This document shows, piece after piece, positions 46,145 to 54,932 of a DNA stretch of 64,000 nucleotides. The notes beneath the pieces are model-generated. The model was not told the DNA's origin and did no database searches. It saw only the letters and a list, made by a program, of their open reading frames with translations. The stretch lies in NCBI GenBank assembly GCA_024711125.1, contig JANJTM010000077.1, positions 3,836 through 67,835 on the forward strand, written 5' to 3'. The first letter of the stretch is position 1; each line of letters starts with the position of its first letter. The stretch comes from Rhodothermales bacterium (GTDB lineage: Bacteria; Bacteroidota; Rhodothermia; Rhodothermales; UBA10348). A program made the position numbers and the translations under genes.

Positions 46145-47413
46145 ATGAATCCGATTCGTTCCATGGCATCCCACGAGCCCACGACCCGGCGCCGGTCCCT
46201 GGCGGGCATCCTGTTTCCGCTCCTGGCGATCCTCGCGTGGTCGGGCTGCGACACCGGCCCGGCCGAGAGCCTCTACACGCCCGACGACCCGTCCAAGCCC
46301 GATCCGGTGGTCACGGCGGTCGAACCGGCCGGCTCGGCGCTCGCGGGCGTGGACATCATCCGGCTCACCGGGCAGAACTTTTCGGCCGTCGCCGAGGAGA
46401 ACTACGTGTATTTCGGTCCCAAGCGGGGCACGCTGATTTCGGCCACTCCCACGACGATCGAAGTGCGCTCGCCGGCCACCCCGGGCGACGACATCCCGAT
46501 CCGCGTCCAGGTGATCGGCGCCGAAAACTTCTCGGACGCGGTCGACTACCGACTGGAGGCGGCGTACGAGGTGTTCGGAGCCATCGGGAAGGTCGAGGAG
46601 CTGCGTTCGATGACTACCGATGCGGCGGGCAACATGTACGTCTCCATGGTTTCCGGCGGAACCTCGGTCGGCTTCAAGAAGATCGCTCCGGACGGCTCGC
46701 GCAGCGATTTTGCCGCGTCCACGTTCCAGTGGAACGGCCTTGCGGCGGGATCGGACGGCCGGCTGTACGGCGCGCGCAACCTGCGGGCCGTCTTCCGCTT
46801 CGCCGAGGGAGGCGCCCAGGAGACGTGGGTCACCCTGACGCCGACCACCGTCCGAATTTCGGCGCTCGCGTTCGACGCGAACGGTAACCTGTGGGCGGGC
46901 GGTGCCAACACGGAGATCTTCCGGCTCGCGCCCGACAAGACCGTGGCCCGGTTCCCGTTCGACGGAGTCGTCACCGCCATCCGTCCGTTCGCAGGCCACC
47001 TGTACGTCGTGGCGCAGGTCGCCGGGTCGTACGGCGTATGGCGGTTCCCGATGGACGGCGCCGGAAACCTCGGAACGGCGTCGCTCTACTTCGACATCGC
47101 CGCGAACGTGGGCGCCGCTGCGACGAGCGAGGCGCTCGCTTTTGCGGCCGATGGATCCATGTACGTCGGAACCGACCAGGCCGACCCGGTCGTCATCGTG
47201 GCCCCGGGCGGGGCGTCGCATTCGATCCTGTACCCCGGCGTCATGCGGCAGCCGGTCGTGGGGGGCACCCAGGTGCCGCCGTCGCCCGTACTGGACCTGG
47301 CATGGGGCCCGGATCCGTTCCTGTACGCCATCCAGGCACGCCCCGTGGGCACGCTCGCGGGAGATGCCGTCCCCATGATCCGCATCAATACGAGGAAGAG
47401 CGGGTCACGGTAG
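46145..47413 (+). CDS. IPT/TIG-domain lipoprotein with an NHL/SGL-like beta-propeller
   Basis: 422 aa. Signal ending LAILAWSGC. IPT-like PVVTAVEPAGSALAGVDIIRLTGQNF...IEVRSP. Repeated propeller blades (DAAGNMYVS, SDGRLYGA, DANGNLWAG, ADGSMYVG). Confidence 0.75.
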   Translation: MNPIRSMASHEPTTRRRSLAGILFPLLAILAWSGCDTGPAESLYTPDDPSKPDPVVTAVEPAGSALAGVDIIRLTGQNFSAVAEENYVYFGPKRGTLISATPTTIEVRSPATPGDDIPIRVQVIGAENFSDAVDYRLEAAYEVFGAIGKVEELRSMTTDAAGNMYVSMVSGGTSVGFKKIAPDGSRSDFAASTFQWNGLAAGSDGRLYGARNLRAVFRFAEGGAQETWVTLTPTTVRISALAFDANGNLWAGGANTEIFRLAPDKTVARFPFDGVVTAIRPFAGHLYVVAQVAGSYGVWRFPMDGAGNLGTASLYFDIAANVGAAATSEALAFAADGSMYVGTDQADPVVIVAPGGASHSILYPGVMRQPVVGGTQVPPSPVLDLAWGPDPFLYAIQARPVGTLAGDAVPMIRINTRKSGSR

Positions 47414-47475
47414 CATTTCTCGTCGGAATTCCGTCTCTTGACAAACTCCACCACCACAACACACCAAGAACCACC

Positions 47476-48879
47476 ATGCGCAACCTTCTACTGACGCTGC
47501 TCGTCGCGTTCTGCACTGTCTCGGTCGCTTCGGCCCAGACGGCCTGGAACCACGCGGCGACCTGGAATCCCACGGTCACCGTATCGGGTCAGCAGTCCCA
47601 GGGACACGGCATCGCCGTCGATGCCGAGGGCAAGATCTGGTATCAGCCCTACTACGCGTCCGAGACCACGCAGCCGGCCTGGTCGGCCACGCCGGTCAAT
47701 ACCCGGGCGCTCTACATCTTCAATCCGGACGGAAGCCCGGCGTCGTTCTCGCCGCTGCTGTACATCGACTACGTGGCCGGCGGTCGGGACACGCTCGGCG
47801 GCCGCACGATCCTGAACGCCACCGGCGCCAAGGCCTTCGATCCTCACACCGGTCGCGGCCTGCGTGCCGACGAGAACGGCGACATCATCGTGATGCAGTA
47901 TCACCACCTGTACCGGCTCGACCACAAGACCGGCCAGGGCAAGAACATGCTGATCTGGGAGAATGGCCAGTCCGGCGCAGCGCCTGCCGTCGCCACCGGC
48001 AACGGGACCATCTTCGTGGCCCCCGTGGTGCCGGCTACCGGTCGCGCGCTCAAGATGTACGACAAGGACTTCCAGCCGCTCGGCAACGCGCTCGACATGA
48101 CACGCGGGTTCTCCCGCTCGTTCGAGGTCTCGCCGGATGCGAACAAGATCTACTGGTCGGGCTACACCAATCACGGCGTGATCCTCTACGAACGGGCCGA
48201 CGAATTCTCGGCGTTCGACTCGACGGGCATCGTGATCCCGGGCGTGGACACCGAGTCGCTGACCTGGCAGCCCGGCACGGGCTGGCTGTGGGTCTCGTCG
48301 GGCTCGGCCAACGACGGGCCGAACCGCCTGCCGGGCGTGACGACGAACTGGGCGGTCGACACGTGGTACGCGTTCGATCCGGCCGAGCTTGCCGTGAACA
48401 CGGTGCCGGCGGCCAAGGCGATGCTGACGTGGGTGCCGCGGCCCGAGTGCGCTGCCGACCGCACGGCGGCCAACTGCGGTCGTCCCCGCGGGCTCGCCTT
48501 CTCGCCCGATGGGCAGACGGCGTATGCGACCACGTTCGCCGTGAACGGCGAGCCGGCCATCCAGGTCTTCTCGGCCATGCCGGTCGCGATCGAGAAGATC
48601 GACGCCTCGGTGCCCGATCGCTTCGTGCTGATGCCGGCGTACCCGAACCCGTTCAACCCCACGACGAACATCAACTTCATGCTGAACGAGACCGGCCATG
48701 CCCGTCTCGCGGTCTACGACATGACCGGGCGTGAGGTCGCGGTGCTCGCCGACCAGACGATGTCGGCCGGGACCTACCAGTACTCGTTCGACGCCACCGG
48801 GCTCACCTCGGGCGTCTACGTGTACCGTCTCACCTTCGGCGGGCAGGTGGCCAACGGCCGCCTCACGCTCGTCAAGTAA
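47476..48879 (+). CDS. secreted beta-propeller-like protein with a canonical T9SS C-terminal sorting domain
   Basis: Tail of track ORF 46891-48879 from ATG 47476. Signal peptide MRNLLLTLLVAFCTVSVASAQ. C-terminal YPNPFNPTTNINFML...LAVYDMTGREVAVL...SGVYVYRL (Por_Secre_tail pattern). Confidence 0.8.
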   Translation: MRNLLLTLLVAFCTVSVASAQTAWNHAATWNPTVTVSGQQSQGHGIAVDAEGKIWYQPYYASETTQPAWSATPVNTRALYIFNPDGSPASFSPLLYIDYVAGGRDTLGGRTILNATGAKAFDPHTGRGLRADENGDIIVMQYHHLYRLDHKTGQGKNMLIWENGQSGAAPAVATGNGTIFVAPVVPATGRALKMYDKDFQPLGNALDMTRGFSRSFEVSPDANKIYWSGYTNHGVILYERADEFSAFDSTGIVIPGVDTESLTWQPGTGWLWVSSGSANDGPNRLPGVTTNWAVDTWYAFDPAELAVNTVPAAKAMLTWVPRPECAADRTAANCGRPRGLAFSPDGQTAYATTFAVNGEPAIQVFSAMPVAIEKIDASVPDRFVLMPAYPNPFNPTTNINFMLNETGHARLAVYDMTGREVAVLADQTMSAGTYQYSFDATGLTSGVYVYRLTFGGQVANGRLTLVK

Positions 48880-48902
48880 GCCTCGACTCCATCGTGCGGA
48901 GA

Positions 48903-48934
48903 GGGGCTCCCGGCCGGCGCCGGGGGCCCCTTTT
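48903..48934 (+). terminator. strong intrinsic terminator closing the 39761-48879 unit
   Basis: 12-bp stem 48903-48914 / 48919-48930 (GGGGCTCCCGGC / GCCGGGGGCCCC, one G-U pair), a 4-nt loop, then TTTT (48931-48934). Confidence 0.75.
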
Positions 48935-48956
48935 CGTCCGCGGACCCGACGTCGCC

Positions 48957-50798
48957 ATGATGAGGACCAGGAATAGGACCGCCCGGAAACGGGCCATGCA
49001 CGGCCTGTTGGCTTCCATCGCCCGTCTGGCTGTCATTCTCGTGTTCGTTGCCGTCACGAGGCCGGTCTCGGCCCAGATCGGCTCCAACCCGAAGCAGGAA
49101 TTCCGCGCGGCCTGGATCGCTACGGTCGCCAACCTCGACTGGCCGGCGCAGGGGGCCTCGGCCGCCGAGCAGCAGGCCGACCTCGTGCGCCTGCTCGACC
49201 GGCTCAAGGAGGACGGTTTCAACGCGGTGGTCTTCCAGGTGCGCAACGAGGCCGACGCGCTCTACGCGTCGCCCTACGAGCCGTGGTCGGTGTTCCTGAC
49301 GGGTACGCAGGGGCAGGATCCGGGCTACGATCCGCTGGCGTTCGCCATCGAGGAGGCCCACAAGCGCGGCATGGAACTGCACGCCTGGTTCAATCCGTAC
49401 CGCGTATGGGTGTCCGGCCGCAACTACCCGCGCCACCCGTCGAGCGTCTACCTGACGAAGCCCGAGTGGCTGCTGACCGTCAACAACGCCGTCACGATAC
49501 TCAACCCGGGCATCCCGGACGTACGCAACTACGTAATCCAGATCATCCGCGACGTCGTCGAGCGGTACGACGTCGACGGCGTGCATTTTGACGATTACTT
49601 CTACCCGTACCCGCCGAACACGATCACCACACAGGACCAGGCGACGTTCAACCAGTACGGAACGGCGTTCGGTTCGCTGCCGGTCTTCCGCGCGTACAGC
49701 GTCAACATGCTGGTCAAGGGCGTTCGGGACGCGATCGCGGCGGTCAGGCCCGAGGTCAAGTGGGGCATCAGCCCGTTCGGCATCTGGAAGAGCGGAACGC
49801 CGACGGGCATCACCGGCATGTCCGGCGCCACCGAGATCTACGCCGACGCCGTCGTGTGGATGGAGCAGCAGTGGCTCGACTACCTGACGCCGCAGCTCTA
49901 CTGGGCATTCGGCGGAGGCCAGGACTACGGCAAGCTCGCTCCATGGTGGGCCACCCAGGTGAACGGCCGGCACCTGGTCCCCGGCCTTGCGGCCTACCGA
50001 CAGGACGTGTACGGCAATTCCGAGATCCACAACCAGATCCGGCTCAACCGGCGCACGGCCAACACGTTCGGCCAGGTGCTCTTCCGCGCCCGGTCCATCA
50101 CGGGCAATACCGACGGCATCGAGGATTCGCTCCGGACGAACCTCTTCCGCAACCGCGCGCTGACGCCGACGATGCCGTGGAAGGACGTCTCGGCCCCCGG
50201 GCGGCCGACCGATTTCGCGGGGCTCTGGACGTCGGAAGGGGCCTATACGCTGTCGTGGACGCCGGTCGCGGCCGATGCGACGACCGCGCGCTCGCGCTTT
50301 TTCGCGGTCTACCGCGTGCGCTCGGCCGCGGCGCCGGACTGGAACGCCGTGATGGCCGATCCGGCGAACCTGCTCGCGGTTACGGGAGAGACCCGCTTCA
50401 CGGACCGGCCGCCGATTTCGGCGGAACCGTACCGGTACGTGGTGACGGCGGTGTCGCCGAACTCGGTCGAGAGCCTTCCGACCGGCGAGATCGTGCTCTC
50501 CGCGACCTCCACGGAGGCCGAGGAGGTGCCGCTCGCGGTCCGCCTGCTGGACGTGTGGCCCAACCCGTTCACGGGCCAGGTGTCGCTGCGCGTGGAACTG
50601 GACCGCAGGATTCCCGTCGACGTGCGCATCCACGATCTCCTGGGGCGCGTGGTCGCCGTGCTATCGGATGGAGAGGCCCTGGACGCCGGGCGGCACGAAC
50701 TGCGATGGGAGGCCGGCTCGGCACCCGCCGGAGCCTATTTCGTCGTGGTCCGTGCGGGGGACCGGGTCCTTGCACGTCCGGTCGTGCGGGTGCGCTAG
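48957..50798 (+). CDS. glycoside-hydrolase-like family 10 (GHL10/DUF187) protein with a T9SS C-terminal domain
   Basis: Start moved to ATG 48957 (MMRTRN...) because the GTG at 48894 would run through the terminator. Motif EFRAAWIATVANLDWP...GFNAVVFQVR...ELHAWFNPY. C-terminal VWPNPFTGQVSLRVEL...AYFVVVRAG. Confidence 0.8.
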   Translation: MMRTRNRTARKRAMHGLLASIARLAVILVFVAVTRPVSAQIGSNPKQEFRAAWIATVANLDWPAQGASAAEQQADLVRLLDRLKEDGFNAVVFQVRNEADALYASPYEPWSVFLTGTQGQDPGYDPLAFAIEEAHKRGMELHAWFNPYRVWVSGRNYPRHPSSVYLTKPEWLLTVNNAVTILNPGIPDVRNYVIQIIRDVVERYDVDGVHFDDYFYPYPPNTITTQDQATFNQYGTAFGSLPVFRAYSVNMLVKGVRDAIAAVRPEVKWGISPFGIWKSGTPTGITGMSGATEIYADAVVWMEQQWLDYLTPQLYWAFGGGQDYGKLAPWWATQVNGRHLVPGLAAYRQDVYGNSEIHNQIRLNRRTANTFGQVLFRARSITGNTDGIEDSLRTNLFRNRALTPTMPWKDVSAPGRPTDFAGLWTSEGAYTLSWTPVAADATTARSRFFAVYRVRSAAAPDWNAVMADPANLLAVTGETRFTDRPPISAEPYRYVVTAVSPNSVESLPTGEIVLSATSTEAEEVPLAVRLLDVWPNPFTGQVSLRVELDRRIPVDVRIHDLLGRVVAVLSDGEALDAGRHELRWEAGSAPAGAYFVVVRAGDRVLARPVVRVR

Positions 50799-50805
50799 CG
50801 GTCCG

Positions 50806-52176
50806 TCACCACTCGAGGCGCAACCCGGCGTAGGGCTCGAACCAGCGCTGCACGAGGTAGCGATCCGTGGTCGCGCCCTCGACGGCAACGCGTTCGTACG
50901 TATACCTCGCTTCCGAGTGGATCCATACGCGGGGGAACAGCCGGTACGACGCGCGCAGCGACAGGGCCGACTCGTCGCCCAGCGGCTCGAAGACCGAGAA
51001 GAAACCGGAGAGTCCGCCCCGGTCCTGCGACAACGCCAGCCGCAACCGGGTTGCCCGTACGAAGAGCCGGAGGTGCATCTCGCTCAGGGGATACACCCCG
51101 TAATGTCGTCGGAAGGCGTACCAGAGCTCGACCCGGCCGAAGAAATGCAGCCGCAGCTCCGAGAACACGTCGGTTCCGCCCGTGGCCCGTTCGAGCGGAA
51201 GCCCGACGACCGACCGGTCGTCCGAGATGCCGCTCGAATCGCTCGACACGGTGCGCGCGAGCTGGCTGCGCACCGGGTAGAACGCGCCGAAGTACCCGGG
51301 TTCGAACCGGCGCCCGCCGTAATTCACCGCGAGGCGGAAATGCAGGCGGGCGACGTCGATGAAGTTGTCGGCTTCGAGATCCGCGCCGAACATCAGGCCG
51401 CGACCGTACCGCGTGAAGCGCGCGACCGAGACGAACGGTTCGAGGGTGAACGCGCCGGATCGGGCCGCGGTGAGCCGCACATCGGCCTGCACGGCCCTGA
51501 CCGGCGCGACGTCCGGACGGTCGAAGGTCCCGCGATCGGTCACCCAGGATCCGGCCAGCACCAGGCTCGAAAGGGCCTCGCTCCGGGCTCCGGCCAGCGG
51601 GTGGAGTTCGACGCGTCCTCCCAACGTTCGACCGAGACGAACGTCCTGCGTGAACCCGTAGACCGACCAGGCCCGGCGTCCGAACCAGGCCTCGGCGCCC
51701 ACGAACCGTTCGTTCCACGCGGTCTCGCCGCTGAAATGGTCGACCAGGTGGCCCGGACCCAGGCGCAATCGACGGATCGTACCGATCCGGGCGTACAGCG
51801 TGCGCCGCGGGGACGGATCGAGGCGGGCGAACGACACCAGCCGAAGCAGGTCGTAGGGCTCGTCGAGGTCGGGTCCGTACGATCCGTAGACCCCGGCGCG
51901 CGCCGAGGCCTCGAGTTCCAGGCTCTCGTACGGGCCTTCCACCCGCAGCGCGGCGCGTGCCGCAGACCGCCACTGGGCGCCGATCAGCGAGGGTCCGGCC
52001 TGCAGGTCCAGGTGTCGCTCCCGGTCCCAGCGGGGCAGGCGACGGGCCTCGGCCGGGTCGTCGATCGACCCGAACACGGCCGACTGGGCGAGCACGCCGC
52101 CCGGAAAAGATGCCGTGAAGAGTGCCGCCAGCAGGCACGCCCATACCACGGCCTGTGCCCGTCCTGGAAGCGGCAT
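50806..52176 (-). CDS. outer-membrane beta-barrel-like hypothetical protein
   Basis: Track ORF 50806-53106 trimmed to ATG 52174-52176 (MPLPGRAQAVVWACLLAALFTASFPGGVLAQS); the upstream 310 codons are antisense to the MBL gene. Alternating beta-strand pattern and a C-terminal aromatic residue (GLRLEW). Confidence 0.65.
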   Translation of the reverse strand: MPLPGRAQAVVWACLLAALFTASFPGGVLAQSAVFGSIDDPAEARRLPRWDRERHLDLQAGPSLIGAQWRSAARAALRVEGPYESLELEASARAGVYGSYGPDLDEPYDLLRLVSFARLDPSPRRTLYARIGTIRRLRLGPGHLVDHFSGETAWNERFVGAEAWFGRRAWSVYGFTQDVRLGRTLGGRVELHPLAGARSEALSSLVLAGSWVTDRGTFDRPDVAPVRAVQADVRLTAARSGAFTLEPFVSVARFTRYGRGLMFGADLEADNFIDVARLHFRLAVNYGGRRFEPGYFGAFYPVRSQLARTVSSDSSGISDDRSVVGLPLERATGGTDVFSELRLHFFGRVELWYAFRRHYGVYPLSEMHLRLFVRATRLRLALSQDRGGLSGFFSVFEPLGDESALSLRASYRLFPRVWIHSEARYTYERVAVEGATTDRYLVQRWFEPYAGLRLEW

Positions 52177-52332
52177 CGTGGAGCTCGAGAGGTTCCGTCG
52201 AAGATACGGTCGACCCGAAGCGCGGCCGAAACCCCGGTCCCGGACGATCATTGCACCCGTCGGGCGCCCGCGAGCGAGCTGCACGGACTGCCCGTCCAGC
52301 CGGACCCCTGAACCTGCGCGCAACCGGACGCC

Positions 52333-53181
52333 ATGAAGATCGACGCCTACACGATCCTTCCGCTCGAAACAGGGCGGTTCGCCCTCGACGGAGGCGCCAT
52401 GTTCGGCATCGTGCCGCGGCCGCTCTGGAGCCGGCGCATCGCTCCGGACGAGCGCGGCCGCATCCCCCTCGCGACCCGTTGCATGCTGGTCGAGGGTAAT
52501 GGCCGCCTCTTCGTCGTGGACACCGGAATCGGCGACAAGGTGGACGACCGCTTCCGCGACCTGTACGGCATGCACGACCAGCGGCCGGTCGAGCGGGCCG
52601 TCGAGGAGGCAGGGTACGCGCCCCACGAGGTGACCGACGTCATTCTCACGCACCTGCATTTCGATCACTGCGGAGGCACGACGCGGCGGGTCGGCGACCG
52701 CCTCGAGCCCGTATTTCCGCGGGCCACCCACTGGGTGCAGGAGGCGCACTGGACCTGGGCCGGCATTCCGAACGCGCGCGAACGCGCGTCCTTCCTTCCC
52801 GAGAACTACGCCGTACTCGAGAGCGAGGGCCTCCTGCGGCTCGTGGACGGCGACGTCGCGATCGCGCCGGGCATCCGGGTGCAGCGTGTCGACGGGCATA
52901 CGGAGGCGCAGCAGATCGTGCACGTCGAGGGACGGGACGCGCACGCGGTCTACGTGGCCGACCTGCTTCCGACGGCGGCCCATCTCGCTCCCGCGTGGGG
53001 CATGGCCTACGACCTGCGTCCGCTCGTCACGATCGAGGAGAAAGGCGCGCTCGTTCGGCAGGCCATCGACGGGGGGTGGCGCATCCTGCTCGAACATGAC
53101 GCGCACGTCGAGTCCATCCGCGTCGCCGATTCGGACCGGGGTCCCGTGGCGGTGGACGAGGCCGGCTGGCTCGACGCCTGA
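52333..53181 (+). CDS. MBL-fold metallo-hydrolase
   Basis: 282 aa. Metal-binding motif ILTHLHFDHCGG. Confidence 0.88.
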   Translation: MKIDAYTILPLETGRFALDGGAMFGIVPRPLWSRRIAPDERGRIPLATRCMLVEGNGRLFVVDTGIGDKVDDRFRDLYGMHDQRPVERAVEEAGYAPHEVTDVILTHLHFDHCGGTTRRVGDRLEPVFPRATHWVQEAHWTWAGIPNARERASFLPENYAVLESEGLLRLVDGDVAIAPGIRVQRVDGHTEAQQIVHVEGRDAHAVYVADLLPTAAHLAPAWGMAYDLRPLVTIEEKGALVRQAIDGGWRILLEHDAHVESIRVADSDRGPVAVDEAGWLDA

Positions 53182-53234
53182 GACGGCACGGGTTTTGGGG
53201 TCGAACGGGGACCACCCACACTCCGTCCCCTGCC

Positions 53235-54881
53235 ATGTTCTCGGAGCTTCGCCGCTTCCTCCTACGACCGTCCGGCCGTCTCGCGCGGGCCGTGCTGGTC
53301 CCTGTCACGCTGATTTACGGCCTGTTGGCCGTCTACGGGGGTCTCCTGGTGATCCAGGCCGGCAACCGGCTCGATTCGGGGCGCCTGGCTTCGGTCGTGG
53401 AGACGCTCGGACGCACGTGGAATCCCAGCCAGGATCCGTCGACGCTCACGGGCCTGGCGGCGGAAGAAGAGTGGGAGCGCGTCTGGATCGTATCGGCAAC
53501 GGGACGCATCGTGTCCTCCTCCGAGATCGGTGAGACGGGAGCGATGCTCGACGGATCGTTCTGGGACGGGATGGACGCCGACGGCCAGGCCACGCTGCGA
53601 CGGGTGGACCGTGCGGGCGGAACCTGGGTGCAGGCCGCTTACCACGACCTGCCCAGGGGACTCTGGGCGATGGTCGTGGTGCCGGACCGGTCGTCCGCTT
53701 TCCCGTCCTGGGCTCGACTCGGCGGATACCTGGTCTTCGTCGGCGCCGTGTGGCTCCTTCTCGCGCTCGCAGTCGCGACCGCCGTTCGGCGCCGCCTCGA
53801 TCGTGGTCTCGACACCGCCGAAGACGTCGCGCGCAGGGTCCTCGACGGCGAGCCCCTGCCCGCGCCGGTGCTCGACCGCGACCGGGCGAACGCGGGCGAG
53901 GAGGGTCCGGCAGGGCTCATCGTCGAACTGTCGAAGCGGCTGCAGGAGCAGGCCGTCCGGTACCGCGAGGCCGAGTCGCGTTTCGCGTCGCTGCTGGACC
54001 TGGTGCCCGGGGCGGTCTGGATGGCTACGCCGGAGGGCAGGGTACTGGCGGCCGGGGCGGGATTCCGGGCGATGGTGACCGACCCGACGGTTCCGCTGGT
54101 CGGCAACCAGGTCTCGTCCATCCCCGTTCGGCTGCCCATGTCGCGCATCCACGCGGCCGCCCGGCGTGCGCGGGAGAGCGGGGTCACCGTGAACGGGTTG
54201 CCCGTCGAGGGCGGCGACGAGCCGGTGCGGGTGTCCATCGCGCCCGTGCTCTTCCGCGAGGGGGAAGCCTATCTGGCGCACGTGGTGAGCGAATATGACG
54301 GGTTCGTTCGGTCGGAGGATCCGGGCCTGGCGTCTCTCCTGGTGGATGCGTCGGCCGACGCGGTCGTGGCCTTCGACGCCGAGGCGCGCACGGTGATCTG
54401 GAACCGCGCCGCCGAGCGTATCTCGGGCCGGCTCCGGGCCGAGGTCCCCGACCTGAAGCGGGTTGCGGCGGCGCTGTTCGCGGGCCGGGAGACGGCGTTC
54501 ATGGAGTGGCTCGATGCGCAGCCGGGCACGGAGCCGCTCGACGTCGAGCACCTCGCATCGGATGGGACGCGACCGACGCTGCGCTGGACCGCCGTGGAGC
54601 TTGCCGGAAAGACCGGCGTGTACGGCGGCGCCCTGGTGGGCCGCCTCCTGGAACCTCGACGCGTGACGCGGAAGAAGGAGCCCGCCGAGGGGATCGAAAA
54701 CGGCAGGTTCCGCACTCCGAAAACCAAACCGGCCCCGTCGCAGACCCGGAAATCGGCCGCGAAGAAGCCGGCCGCATCGGCACCCGCGCCGACCAAGGGG
54801 GCGAGACCCAAGAGCGCGCCCCCCGGAACGCCTGCGAAGAAGTCCGGCCGGCCGAAGGCCGCGCAGGCCGGCGGCGGTTGA
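53235..54881 (+). CDS. membrane sensor protein: 2 TM flanking a periplasmic domain, two PAS-like domains and a Lys/Pro/Ala-rich tail; no kinase core
   Basis: 548 aa. TM1 AVLVPVTLIYGLLAVYGGLLVI and TM2 LGGYLVFVGAVWLLLALAVATAV. PAS-like LVPGAVWMATPEGRVLAAGAGF and LVDASADAVVAFDAEARTVIWNRAAERISG. The last 75 aa are basic and low-complexity. No H-box or N/G1/G2 boxes seen. Confidence 0.7.
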   Translation: MFSELRRFLLRPSGRLARAVLVPVTLIYGLLAVYGGLLVIQAGNRLDSGRLASVVETLGRTWNPSQDPSTLTGLAAEEEWERVWIVSATGRIVSSSEIGETGAMLDGSFWDGMDADGQATLRRVDRAGGTWVQAAYHDLPRGLWAMVVVPDRSSAFPSWARLGGYLVFVGAVWLLLALAVATAVRRRLDRGLDTAEDVARRVLDGEPLPAPVLDRDRANAGEEGPAGLIVELSKRLQEQAVRYREAESRFASLLDLVPGAVWMATPEGRVLAAGAGFRAMVTDPTVPLVGNQVSSIPVRLPMSRIHAAARRARESGVTVNGLPVEGGDEPVRVSIAPVLFREGEAYLAHVVSEYDGFVRSEDPGLASLLVDASADAVVAFDAEARTVIWNRAAERISGRLRAEVPDLKRVAAALFAGRETAFMEWLDAQPGTEPLDVEHLASDGTRPTLRWTAVELAGKTGVYGGALVGRLLEPRRVTRKKEPAEGIENGRFRTPKTKPAPSQTRKSAAKKPAASAPAPTKGARPKSAPPGTPAKKSGRPKAAQAGGG

Positions 54882-54932
54882 CCGTCGGCCCGGGGACGCG
54901 TACCATGCGGGCCCTACGGAAACGCTCTACCG

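Noticed and set aside
48894-48956. GTG 48894 as the start of the GHL10 gene
   Set aside because: That extension would be translated through the strong terminator hairpin at 48903-48934, and it adds an Arg/Gly-rich segment ahead of a good signal-anchor beginning at the ATG-ATG at 48957.
50806-53106. 766-aa minus-strand ORF as a single protein
   Set aside because: The N-terminal 310 codons are antisense to the MBL-fold hydrolase gene (52333-53181). A signal peptide begins at the internal Met (52176), so only 50806-52176 was kept.
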